A DNA stretch of 32,000 nt from Candidatus Saccharimonadota bacterium. Lineage in GTDB: Bacteria; Pseudomonadota; Alphaproteobacteria; CAJXXZ01; 1604HC. The stretch lies in assembly GCF_008189285.1 (NCBI RefSeq), contig NZ_CP043315.1, positions 420,001 to 452,000 of the forward strand, in the 5' to 3' direction. The notes under the pieces were generated by a model that saw nothing but the letters and a program-made list of their open reading frames with translations, searched no databases and had not been told where the DNA came from. The translations under genes were made by a program, and so were the position numbers. Shown here one piece after another: positions 17,693 through 25,753 of the stretch (position 1 is the stretch's first letter; every line of letters starts with the position of its first letter).

Positions 17693-17737
17693 TCCCATTA
17701 AATCCCATTGACTCCCTTTTTAACCCTGTGATAACCT
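17693..17737 (+). promoter_or_regulatory. mraZ promoter with an overlapping 10-bp-phased repeat set (candidate MraZ operator)
   Basis: - TCCC at 17693, 17703 and 17713, ACCC at 17723 and ACC at 17734 are exactly 10 bp apart. The bottom strand reads TGGGA.
- They overlap TTGACT (17708-17713), an 18-nt spacer and TAACCT (17732-17737), followed by 7 nt to ATG 17745. Confidence 0.45.
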
Positions 17738-17744
17738 TAACTCA

Positions 17745-18173
17745 ATGAATGTGTTTCTTTCTACATACGAAAAAAAGATAGATAAAAAAGGCAGGGTCTC
17801 TACTCCTGGAACTTTTAGAAACATATTATCTCAAGAATCCTTCCATGGATTTGTAGCTTTTAAATCATATTTCTTGCCAACAATAGATTGTTTTGGGATA
17901 TCCAAAATGGAAAAATTAAGCAATAAATTGGAAAATGAAAATCCATTTACAAATCATGAAGCAAATATAGAGGAAAATGTATTTGCAGACGCAGTAATGA
18001 TTCAATTCGACAGTGAAGGACGCACTACAATATCAAAAGAACTTCTTGATCATGCGCAAGTAAGTTCAGATTTAGTATTTGTAGGAAAAGGTTCTACATT
18101 TCAAATATGGGAGCCAAAATTATTCAGTGAACATCAAGAAAATATGCGCAAAAGGATTAAGAAAGAAATATGA
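17745..18173 (+). CDS. mraZ: Transcriptional regulator MraZ
   Basis: MNVFLSTYEKKIDKKGRVSTPGTFR contains the first DXXXR-type SpoVT/AbrB-like repeat. A second repeat (FDSEGRTTISKEL) follows. It is the first gene of the dcw block. Confidence 0.9.
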   Translation: MNVFLSTYEKKIDKKGRVSTPGTFRNILSQESFHGFVAFKSYFLPTIDCFGISKMEKLSNKLENENPFTNHEANIEENVFADAVMIQFDSEGRTTISKELLDHAQVSSDLVFVGKGSTFQIWEPKLFSEHQENMRKRIKKEI

Positions 18174-18997
18174 GCCATATACCGGTTTTTCTAAAAGAAA
18201 CAGTTCAAATTCTACGCCCTTCTCCATCTAAAATATTCGCAGATTTTACATTTGGCCTTGGCGGACATGCAAAATCTCTTCTTTCTTGTGGGGGAAGAGT
18301 CATTGGATGCGATCGTGACATAAATGCATATAAGCATGCAAGAATATTAGAAGCTCAAACACAAAATTTCAAAGCAAAACATGTAAGATTTAGCGATTTA
18401 CATGATCATTTGCCTAGTTTAGATGGAATTTTAATGGATATAGGAGTTTCTTCTGTGCAAATAGATCAAGCAGATCGTGGATTTTCTTTTATGAGAGATG
18501 GCCCTCTTAGCATGCAAATGGGAATTAATTCTTTCTCTGCAGCTGATATAGTTAATCAATGGGATGAAAATGATATAGCGGATACTTTATATTTATATGC
18601 GGATGAAGTTAGATCTAGGTCTATTGCAAAAAGAATAGTAGAGGCTAGACAAAACAAAAAAATTACTACTACTTTAGAATTAGCGAATATTATATCAAGA
18701 GGAAAGAAAGGTAAAATACATCCAGCCACAAAAACATTTCAAGCTTTACGCATTGCAACAAATTCTGAACTTGATGAATTATGCATAGGATTACAAATAG
18801 CAAGTTCAAAATTAAAAATAGGCGGAAAATTAGTTGTTATTTCCTTTCATTCTACAGAAGATAAAATAATAAAAAACTTTTTTAGAAACTCTAGATTCTT
18901 AATGAAAAAACCACAGCCAGTATTTCCAAGCTCTGAAGAAGTCAAAAGCAATGTCAGGTCAAGGTCTGCAAAACTAAGATGGGGAATTAAAATATGA
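18170..18997 (+). CDS. rsmH: 16S rRNA (cytosine1402-N4)-methyltransferase RsmH (MraW)
   Basis: HIPVFLKETV..., DFTFGLGGH, DIGVSSVQIDQADRGFSF and ISFHSTEDKI are RsmH motifs. ATGA overlap with mraZ. Confidence 0.9.
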   Translation: MSHIPVFLKETVQILRPSPSKIFADFTFGLGGHAKSLLSCGGRVIGCDRDINAYKHARILEAQTQNFKAKHVRFSDLHDHLPSLDGILMDIGVSSVQIDQADRGFSFMRDGPLSMQMGINSFSAADIVNQWDENDIADTLYLYADEVRSRSIAKRIVEARQNKKITTTLELANIISRGKKGKIHPATKTFQALRIATNSELDELCIGLQIASSKLKIGGKLVVISFHSTEDKIIKNFFRNSRFLMKKPQPVFPSSEEVKSNVRSRSAKLRWGIKI

Positions 18998-19248
18998 AAT
19001 TAACAAATATTATGAGCGCTGTACTTATGGTAAATTTAGTCGTTCTTCATTATCAAAATTCAAGGATAAGAAATAAAATTAGCTCAATAAAAATTAATAT
19101 AGCTAAGCAGCAACAAGCACTTAGTAGGCAGAAAATTGCTTTATATAATTTAAGTCATCCAGTAAAAATTTCGCAACTATGCCAAGAATTTACAAACTAC
19201 AGGCCATCCACTGTAAGACAATTTATTCATAGAAAACCACAGAAATGA
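18994..19248 (+). CDS. ftsL: Cell division protein FtsL-like (84 aa, single TM plus coiled coil)
   Basis: Sits between rsmH and ftsI. Has one N-terminal TM (IMSAVLMVNLVVL) followed by a heptad-like segment. ATGA overlap with rsmH. Confidence 0.65.
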   Translation: MKLTNIMSAVLMVNLVVLHYQNSRIRNKISSIKINIAKQQQALSRQKIALYNLSHPVKISQLCQEFTNYRPSTVRQFIHRKPQK

Positions 19249-19262
19249 AAATAATTTAAACA

Positions 19263-20771
19263 GTGAAATCTAAAATAGTTTTTATATTTTTATCAATTTT
19301 ATATTCCATTTTCTTATTTAGAATAATTTCTATACAAAAATATGATAAGTACAATGCATTTAAGAATAAAGTAGAAATACGCAAGGAAATTCTTGATTCC
19401 AAAGGTGAAATTTTAGCATTTACTGCAGAAACTAACTCAATATATTGCATTCCAAACCAAATGAATCAAATTGGCTTTAATTTTCTAGAAAAAAACTTGC
19501 AATTTAATGCTAAAAATATAAATAAAAATGGATCATTTGTGTGGATTAAAAGGCATATTTCGGAAGATGAAAATGTAAAAATAAAAAATGATATCAAGAA
19601 AAATAAGGTCAAAGGAATATTGATTGCAAAAGACTATAAAAGAATTTACCCATATTCAAGCAGCACTTCTCACATAACAGGATATTGCGATCAAAATCTT
19701 AATGGGAAATCTGGAAGTGAGTTAGCTTTTAATGAAAAGCTTAATAAAGATAAAGTTCATTTAACAATAGACATAAGAATACAAAGCATATTATTCAGCA
19801 TCATAAAGGATATTTTTGAAGAATTTGAAAGCGAAGATTCTTCTGGAATTATAATAGATGTTGAGTCAGGAGAAGTTAGAGCAATGGCGTCGTATCCATC
19901 TCCTGATCCATATATGCCCTATTCTTATTTAAGGAAAGAAAATAAAAATCATAATTTGTCTGCTATTGAAGCTGGATCCATATTAAAATTGCATAATGCA
20001 GCTATGTGTCTTGAAAATCAAATTGTAAATTTAGATAGCATTGTTGACGCAACAGGAACACTGCAAGTAGGAAAATTTGAAGTTCAAGATTTCATGGGCC
20101 AAGATAGAAAAATGACATTTCTAGAATCTGTAAGATTTTCATCTAATATTGCAACTGGAAGATTAGCTCTGGAAGTAGGGGCAGAAAAACAAAAGCAATT
20201 CTTCCAAAAAATAGGATTTTTAGATCCAATAGAATGGATTCCCAATCAATTTGCAAGGCCATTAGCACCAAAAAAATGGAGAAAATCTACAATAGTCACA
20301 GCATCATATGGATATGGAATTGGGTTAACTTCAATGCATATCGCTCAAGGATTGATGAGAATATTAACAGGAAAATCTAAAAAATTGTCATTCTATTCTT
20401 CTGAGCCTGTAAAAAGTAATAAAATAATAAGCAAACACACAATAGAATCAATGAAAATAATTATGCGAACAATTATAAAATCGTCATACAGAAGTATAAA
20501 TATTAATGGATATGAAATTGGAGGCAAAACTGGAACTGCAAATATGTGTGAAAATGGAAAATATATAGAAGAAAGAAATAGAGTTTCTTATCTTGGAGCA
20601 TTTCCTATGCAAAAGCCAAAATATATATTCTTAATACAAACTACAAATCCAAAAAAGCACAAACTAAAACGCGGTAAATATCTTGTTGCATCAAATGTTT
20701 TAGCAGAAAAAGTCAAAATAGCTGTTCAGGAAATTGCTTCTATAGAGAATGTTGAGCCAATATATGACTAA
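19263..20771 (+). CDS. ftsI: Penicillin-binding protein 3 (FtsI) transpeptidase, short form (502 aa)
   Basis: GTG start. Has an N-terminal TM, and the SXXK (SILK), SXN (SSN) and KTG (GGKTGTA) motifs are all present. dcw position. Confidence 0.85.
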   Translation: MKSKIVFIFLSILYSIFLFRIISIQKYDKYNAFKNKVEIRKEILDSKGEILAFTAETNSIYCIPNQMNQIGFNFLEKNLQFNAKNINKNGSFVWIKRHISEDENVKIKNDIKKNKVKGILIAKDYKRIYPYSSSTSHITGYCDQNLNGKSGSELAFNEKLNKDKVHLTIDIRIQSILFSIIKDIFEEFESEDSSGIIIDVESGEVRAMASYPSPDPYMPYSYLRKENKNHNLSAIEAGSILKLHNAAMCLENQIVNLDSIVDATGTLQVGKFEVQDFMGQDRKMTFLESVRFSSNIATGRLALEVGAEKQKQFFQKIGFLDPIEWIPNQFARPLAPKKWRKSTIVTASYGYGIGLTSMHIAQGLMRILTGKSKKLSFYSSEPVKSNKIISKHTIESMKIIMRTIIKSSYRSININGYEIGGKTGTANMCENGKYIEERNRVSYLGAFPMQKPKYIFLIQTTNPKKHKLKRGKYLVASNVLAEKVKIAVQEIASIENVEPIYD

Positions 20772-22911
20772 GTCTATAAAAGAAATATTAAGATTTAAAA
20801 ATCTCCATTCTAAAGATCTAACAACATGTTATGCGGAAAATAATATGCAAATCAAATCTATATCAAAATATAAAGATAAATGCAAAGAGTCAGATTGGTT
20901 TTTAGATATTGCAAATAAACAAATTGTGCAAAAAAAATACCATTTGAAAGAATTGCTGAAAAGCTTAAAAGAGCATCTGGAAGATGATGCAAAAAAAGAA
21001 TCAGAAAGTGAGATTGTAAATGAATTTAGAGATGATGCAAAAAAAGAATCGGAAGATGGAATTAAGGATGAATTGAGAGATGATTCAAAATTGAAATATG
21101 ATGAAAAAGATAAATTGGAATACAATTCAAAAAGGCAGAAAAATTGCATAAATAACATAAATGATGAGAGAGATTCAGAAGAAAAGAGCTCTGTTGATTC
21201 AAACTATTTTGGAGAAATCGACGCTCCATTTCCTAGAAAAACATGGTCAGAATTATCTTCTATCGCATTTCCTGAACAGCCAAACTTTATTGCGCTAATC
21301 ACAGGAACAGATGGGAAAACATCTACTGCATGGATAACATATCAAATATGGCAATTTCTTGGAATAAAATCTGGATATATAGGAACATTAGGAATATATA
21401 TAAATAACAAAAAATACAAATCTGACCTAACTACTCCTGATGCATCTGCATTACATTACTATTTAGATAAAATGAAAAAAGCACATGTAAACCATGTTGC
21501 AATAGAAGCCTCAAGCATTGGATTAGATCAAGATAGATTAGCTTTTGTTAAAGCAAATGTAGCAGTTTTCACAAGTTTTGGATCAGATCACTTAGATTAT
21601 CACAAAACAATAGATCAGTATTTAAAAGCTAAATTGAAAATTATTGACAATATGAAATCAGATGGATTATTTCTAGCTCATCATTCAATTGAAAATTATA
21701 TAGAAAGCATGAATAATGATCATGTTTGTCATAAAAACTATGCTTCAAAAGAATTCAGAAATTCTGCTGCAGAAAAATTCTTTAATCAGAAAGAGAATTA
21801 TAAATCAGAGAAATATGGAAAAGAGCACAGTTATTCTGATGGAAAATGGATTTTTAATTTAAATGGAGAGAAATATGAAGTCAGCAATAAGCTTATAGGA
21901 GGGTTTAATGGAGAAAATATGACTGCCGCTATAATGACAATAAAACATGGTATAGAGCAAAATGAGAAAATGAAAAATTATTTAAAATCAAAGCATTATG
22001 ATAGTATAAATCATGCTATTATAATGCAATTAAATAAAATTCATCCAGTTCCTGGAAGATTAAACCTAGTAAATCATGTTCATAATTGTGATATATATGT
22101 AGATTTTGCTCATACTGCAGATTCATTAAACAAAACTCTTCAAACATTGAAACAACACTATAAGGAAGTATGTCTTGTATTTGGATGTGGAGGAGATAGA
22201 GACAAGTCAAAAAGATCTAAAATGGGAGAAGTGGCTCATAAGCTAGCAGATTCTATAATAATAACTAATGACAATCCTCGTTCTGAAAATCCAAATGCTA
22301 TTGCGAGTGAAATATTGTCATCATGCCCTAATGCAAAAATAATATTGGACAGAAAAAAAGCAATTAAATATTCTATATTGCGAGCAATTAAATCGAATAA
22401 AAATCAGAACGATTTAAACAATAAGATGCAAACTAATGCAAATAATGAAGTTCAAATAAATGAAAAAGCTCATACTAGCGAAGAAATAGGAATTGATAAA
22501 TCTGAAAATCATAATAATAAATCAAGCAATGATAATAATTCAAATAGTTTTTATAGAATTTTTTGTAAATTAAAAAGCTTTATAATCAACACAAAGGTAA
22601 ATAAAAACATTCCTGAGAATCATGATATAAATGCAAATTATATTTATAGTGATTCTGATAAAAACAACATTATCAACAATCCTGATTCTAGAGATTGCTG
22701 TAAAACTTCCCATAAATCAAAACATTCTGTAAGCAATTCTAAATCTGATAATAAATCATGCAATAAGAAAAATGAAAAATACTCAACAAAAGTTATTTTA
22801 ATTGCAGGAAAAGGAGATGAGCGAACTCAAACATTTCACAATCATGTGGAAAATTTTTATGATGCAGATGTGATAAATCAACTTATTGAAGAAATATCTT
22901 CAAATAAATAA
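20749..22911 (+). CDS. murE: UDP-MurNAc-L-Ala-D-Glu:meso-DAP ligase MurE with large low-complexity insertions (720 aa)
   Basis: ITGTDGKTST P-loop, SFGSDHLDYH, GCGGDRDKSKR, NDNPRSENP (DNPR motif) and IAGKGDE. An alternative start ATG lies at 20764. Overlaps the ftsI end. Confidence 0.85.
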   Translation: MLSQYMTKSIKEILRFKNLHSKDLTTCYAENNMQIKSISKYKDKCKESDWFLDIANKQIVQKKYHLKELLKSLKEHLEDDAKKESESEIVNEFRDDAKKESEDGIKDELRDDSKLKYDEKDKLEYNSKRQKNCINNINDERDSEEKSSVDSNYFGEIDAPFPRKTWSELSSIAFPEQPNFIALITGTDGKTSTAWITYQIWQFLGIKSGYIGTLGIYINNKKYKSDLTTPDASALHYYLDKMKKAHVNHVAIEASSIGLDQDRLAFVKANVAVFTSFGSDHLDYHKTIDQYLKAKLKIIDNMKSDGLFLAHHSIENYIESMNNDHVCHKNYASKEFRNSAAEKFFNQKENYKSEKYGKEHSYSDGKWIFNLNGEKYEVSNKLIGGFNGENMTAAIMTIKHGIEQNEKMKNYLKSKHYDSINHAIIMQLNKIHPVPGRLNLVNHVHNCDIYVDFAHTADSLNKTLQTLKQHYKEVCLVFGCGGDRDKSKRSKMGEVAHKLADSIIITNDNPRSENPNAIASEILSSCPNAKIILDRKKAIKYSILRAIKSNKNQNDLNNKMQTNANNEVQINEKAHTSEEIGIDKSENHNNKSSNDNNSNSFYRIFCKLKSFIINTKVNKNIPENHDINANYIYSDSDKNNIINNPDSRDCCKTSHKSKHSVSNSKSDNKSCNKKNEKYSTKVILIAGKGDERTQTFHNHVENFYDADVINQLIEEISSNK
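20983..21126 (+). repeat. In-frame 48-bp (16-aa) tandem repeat x2, plus one degenerate unit, inside the murE 5' region
   Basis: - Unit 1, DDAKKESESEIVNEFR: 20983-21030.
- Unit 2, DDAKKESEDGIKDELR: 21031-21078.
- Unit 3 (degenerate), DDSKLKYDEKDKLEYN: 21079-21126.
- The nucleotide repeat GATGATGCAAAAAAAGAATC is visible. Confidence 0.85.
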
Positions 22912-23167
22912 ATAGCTCTTTTAATTAATTTGCTAAACTAAATAATTATAAATTAGATTATCAAAAAAACTTATAAAAGAAATAAGATGACAAATCTGAT
23001 CATAAAAAATAATATTGAGAATTGAGAATTGTTATACGACTAATTGAGAATTAGTTAAAAATAATTGACAATGCCTGCCAAATAACATCAGCTAAAAAAA
23101 CACTTAGTATTAAATATAATAATCTCTAAAAAATAAAAAACTTGTAGCTTTAAGATAACTTAAAAAG

Positions 23168-23401
23168 TTATATATCCATCATTCCTTTAAATTTATTAGC
23201 AAATTTAGCAGCCATACCACCCTTATCGCTAGATAAGTCGTATTTCTTTGTCCATGCACGGTGAGAAGATGGATCAATATCTAGCTCAGTAGTTTTATCA
23301 TTTTTACGTGTAGAAGAAAGCTCAATCACATCTCCATTTGACAAAGTAAACTTTACTTTATATTTCTTTGGATGCTTGCTTACAATTTTTTTCTTGTTCA
23401 T
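23168..23401 (-). CDS. rpmE: 50S ribosomal protein L31 (bL31)
   Basis: KHPKKYKVKFTLSNGDVIELSST...LDIDPSSHRAWTKK...GGMAAKFANKF matches the bL31 pattern (HP.y...., D.... SHP.wTG, grv.kF..rf). SD GAGGT lies upstream. Confidence 0.85.
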   Translation of the reverse strand: MNKKKIVSKHPKKYKVKFTLSNGDVIELSSTRKNDKTTELDIDPSSHRAWTKKYDLSSDKGGMAAKFANKFKGMMDI

Positions 23402-23601
23402 TTAAAAATACCTCTGAGTTAGTTTATATCAATTAATATGAAAAATCAATTTTTTAAATAAATCATTGAAATCAATTTTTCTCTTTGCATTCTAATTCTA
23501 TTTTCTATAATCTAACTTTATTCTTTACTTTATTCTTTGTATTGTAAATTTATATTATAAATTTCCCCTTCAATGTTTTAATTTTCTTCTTTGCATTCTT
23601 T

Positions 23602-23610
23602 TGGTAAAAT
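23602..23610 (+). promoter_or_regulatory. Candidate extended -10 (TGgTAAAAT) lying 7 nt upstream of tsaE ATG 23618
   Basis: Read directly. No SD lies between. Confidence 0.3.
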
Positions 23611-23617
23611 AAATTTA

Positions 23618-24034
23618 ATGTATTCTATAAAACAAATAAAAGATTTAGCGATAAAAATATCATCATTCTTGGAGCATGGAGACATTATTGCTCTTAATGG
23701 CAAACTAGGAGCCGGAAAAAGTACATTTTCTAAATTTCTTATAGAGTCGCTTGGATTTTCTTATTTGGGAAGCCCTACTTTTTCAAAAATAATAACTTAT
23801 AACAATGAAAATTTACAATTATGGCATGCAGACTTATATCAGGCAAAAAATCAAATTCTAGATGAATATATTTACGACATAGATAATGGAATACTAATTA
23901 TAGAATGGGCGAATAATTACAGCAATATAAAAATGTTAGACAATATTATTGAAGTGAATATCTCTCATTTATCTAAAGATAATAGGAATGTAGAACTGAT
24001 TAAATATGGAAGATTTATAAAATTTGAAATATAG
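23618..24034 (+). CDS. tsaE: tRNA t6A37 biosynthesis ATPase TsaE (YjeE)
   Basis: LNGKLGAGKSTFSKFLIESLG P-loop, SPTFSKI and W.HADLYQ are typical TsaE motifs. The ORF track starts at TTG 23591. I prefer ATG 23618 (MYSIKQIKD...). Confidence 0.8.
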   Translation: MYSIKQIKDLAIKISSFLEHGDIIALNGKLGAGKSTFSKFLIESLGFSYLGSPTFSKIITYNNENLQLWHADLYQAKNQILDEYIYDIDNGILIIEWANNYSNIKMLDNIIEVNISHLSKDNRNVELIKYGRFIKFEI

Positions 24035-24076
24035 ATGCTAAATCTTTTGTTTAATCGTAAATTTTTTAAATTTGAT

Positions 24077-24105
24077 TTGATTAATAACTTTTAGAATAAT
24101 ATAAT
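24077..24105 (+). promoter_or_regulatory. Candidate promoter of the M48 protease gene: TTGATT, 17-nt spacer, TATAAT, then 6 nt to ATG 24112
   Basis: -35 at 24077-24082 and -10 at 24100-24105. The intervening agctca carries no SD. Confidence 0.4.
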
Positions 24106-24111
24106 AGCTCA

Positions 24112-25320
24112 ATGTTTAAAAAATTTATCCTTTTTGTAGGCTTGTTCTTTTCTTGTTGTGCAAATGCTTCTGTTGTTTCTGACATAGAGTTTGACATCAC
24201 AGTGCAAAATATTATCAAGTCTATAGATCCAAAATTGAAATATGAGCTATTTATCATAAAATCAAATCAAGAAAATGCATTTACTACAATTGATAAAAAT
24301 GGAAATATAATTATTGCAGTTTATACTGGATTAATAAAATCCCTATCTGCTGAAGAATTTGTTGGAGTTTTATGTCATGAAATTGGACATATACATCATA
24401 AGCATGTAATAAAAATGATGCATCTAATAAGTAAAAATAAAACAACATTTAATATTCTAGGGCTACTAAGCTTAATTCCATATATAAATCTTATTCCAAT
24501 GATTATATTATCTGCTGAATCCAATAATCTTATGATACATTCTCAACAAAATGAAATAGAAGCTGACATATACTGCTTTAACAAATTAAATCAACTTAAA
24601 TGGCCTGTGGAGGGGATTGTGAATATGTTTGATAGGTGGAGTTATGGAGAGAAAAGATGCTATTTTTCTTCACACCCATGGTCTTCATCTAGAAAAAAAA
24701 TGGCAGAGAAATTTATCGTAAAATCTCATAAATTACCTCGCAATATATCGTCGCAATACAACCAAATGCAATCTAGAATCAAAAAAGAATTGTATGAAGG
24801 GGGCAGTTTGAAATATGCCACTTCTAATGATCATGAATCAGCTTGGTTTAATTATTTAAGCTATAAATATCAAATTAATGATCAATTAAAAGAAGATTGC
24901 ATTCAATATCCAGCACTAATATTAAAAGCAAAAATATTAGCAAAGCAAGGGAAATATGAAGAAGCAATAAATATAATGGATAAAGTGCATAGTGAAACAA
25001 AAAATATGAATGCTTTGTTTCAAAGAATATACTGGAATTTGCTTTTTTCAACAAAAATTAGCAATAAAAATTTATTGGAAATACAAAATTATCAAAAAAT
25101 GAATCCAAATGATTCAAGAGCATTGGAATTGTTTGCATATTATTATTCAAAACAAAATAATAGAACGGCTTTTCTATACTATAAGGCAGAATATTCCTTA
25201 TCTAATTACAATATCAAGAAAGCAAAATACTATATAAATGAAATAATGAAAAATAAAGATAAAAATAAGAATTCTACATTCCTTTTGAGAGCTATAGAGC
25301 TTAAAAAAGCTATAAAATAA
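24112..25320 (+). CDS. Periplasmic M48-family zinc metalloprotease with C-terminal TPR-like region (BepA/YfgC-like)
   Basis: Signal peptide MFKKFILFVGLFFSCCANA, HEIGHIHHKH (HEXXH), a downstream NEIEAD, and a helical-repeat C-terminal half. Confidence 0.8.
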   Translation: MFKKFILFVGLFFSCCANASVVSDIEFDITVQNIIKSIDPKLKYELFIIKSNQENAFTTIDKNGNIIIAVYTGLIKSLSAEEFVGVLCHEIGHIHHKHVIKMMHLISKNKTTFNILGLLSLIPYINLIPMIILSAESNNLMIHSQQNEIEADIYCFNKLNQLKWPVEGIVNMFDRWSYGEKRCYFSSHPWSSSRKKMAEKFIVKSHKLPRNISSQYNQMQSRIKKELYEGGSLKYATSNDHESAWFNYLSYKYQINDQLKEDCIQYPALILKAKILAKQGKYEEAINIMDKVHSETKNMNALFQRIYWNLLFSTKISNKNLLEIQNYQKMNPNDSRALELFAYYYSKQNNRTAFLYYKAEYSLSNYNIKKAKYYINEIMKNKDKNKNSTFLLRAIELKKAIK

Positions 25321-25502
25321 ATAAATGCGATTTCATGAAATAAAACCTAAATCTTGCAAGTATGTAAATAATATATCCTCATAAAGTGACAAAAAATGAT
25401 AATAAAATTTGAACTAGAGAAATCAAAATAAATATTAAAACTTTGAAAAATATAAAATAATATATCTTTAAGCAAACATAGAATTTGGATTAGAGTGATC
25501 AA

Positions 25503-25571
25503 ATTGTAAAATTAAATAACAAAGATTGTAAAATTAAATAATAAAGATTGTAAAACTGATAAATTGCAAAG
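25503..25571. repeat. Tandem repeat ATTGTAAAATTAAATAACAAAG, two 22-bp units plus a 25-bp variant
   Basis: Units lie at 25503-25524, 25525-25546 (1 mismatch) and 25547-25571 (diverged). Confidence 0.85.
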
Positions 25572-25657
25572 ATTAGCACAACAGTTTTTTTGAAATAATG
25601 GATTTTGTATTTTCTTTTAATAACAGTTCTTTGTTTCGAAAGATCAATTATTTACTA

Positions 25658-25711
25658 CAAATAAATCTTGCTTATTATTGCATAGCCTATTAAAAATAGT
25701 TATGAATAAAT
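25658..25711 (+). repeat. Second copy (47/54 identical) of the promoter-plus-start cassette of the HIT gene
   Basis: - Aligned by hand to 29702-29755.
- It carries TTGCTT (25668-25673), a 17-nt spacer, TAAAAA (25691-25696), 5 nt and ATG 25702.
- The ORF it opens is only 9 codons long (MNKCTANKN).
- It is followed by a restart of the cassette head, CACTGCAAATAAA (25713-25725). Confidence 0.8.
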
Positions 25712-25753
25712 GCACTGCAAATAAAAATTAATCAAATGATTAGCATGATTTTT

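Noticed and set aside
17669-17735. DnaA-box-like 9-mers (TGTGGAAAA, TGTGAATAA, TGTGATAAC) as an oriC
   Set aside because: There are only two or three imperfect boxes, and no dnaA, hemE or other origin-linked gene lies nearby. Everything here is AT-rich, so there is no distinctive unwinding element. Their position directly over the mraZ promoter favours a promoter or operator reading.
19256-19450. The - strand ORF of 64 aa
   Set aside because: It lies antisense to the ftsI 5' end.
20829-22210. The - strand ORFs 20829-21158 and 22019-22210
   Set aside because: They lie antisense within murE. The first one is kept open by the coding repeat.
23591-23617. The TTG-initiated N-terminal extension of tsaE, and likewise 29716-29745 for the HIT gene
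   Set aside because: The downstream ATGs give N-termini typical of each family and sit at the recurrent -10 + 5-7 nt geometry. The TTG extensions add atypical residues.
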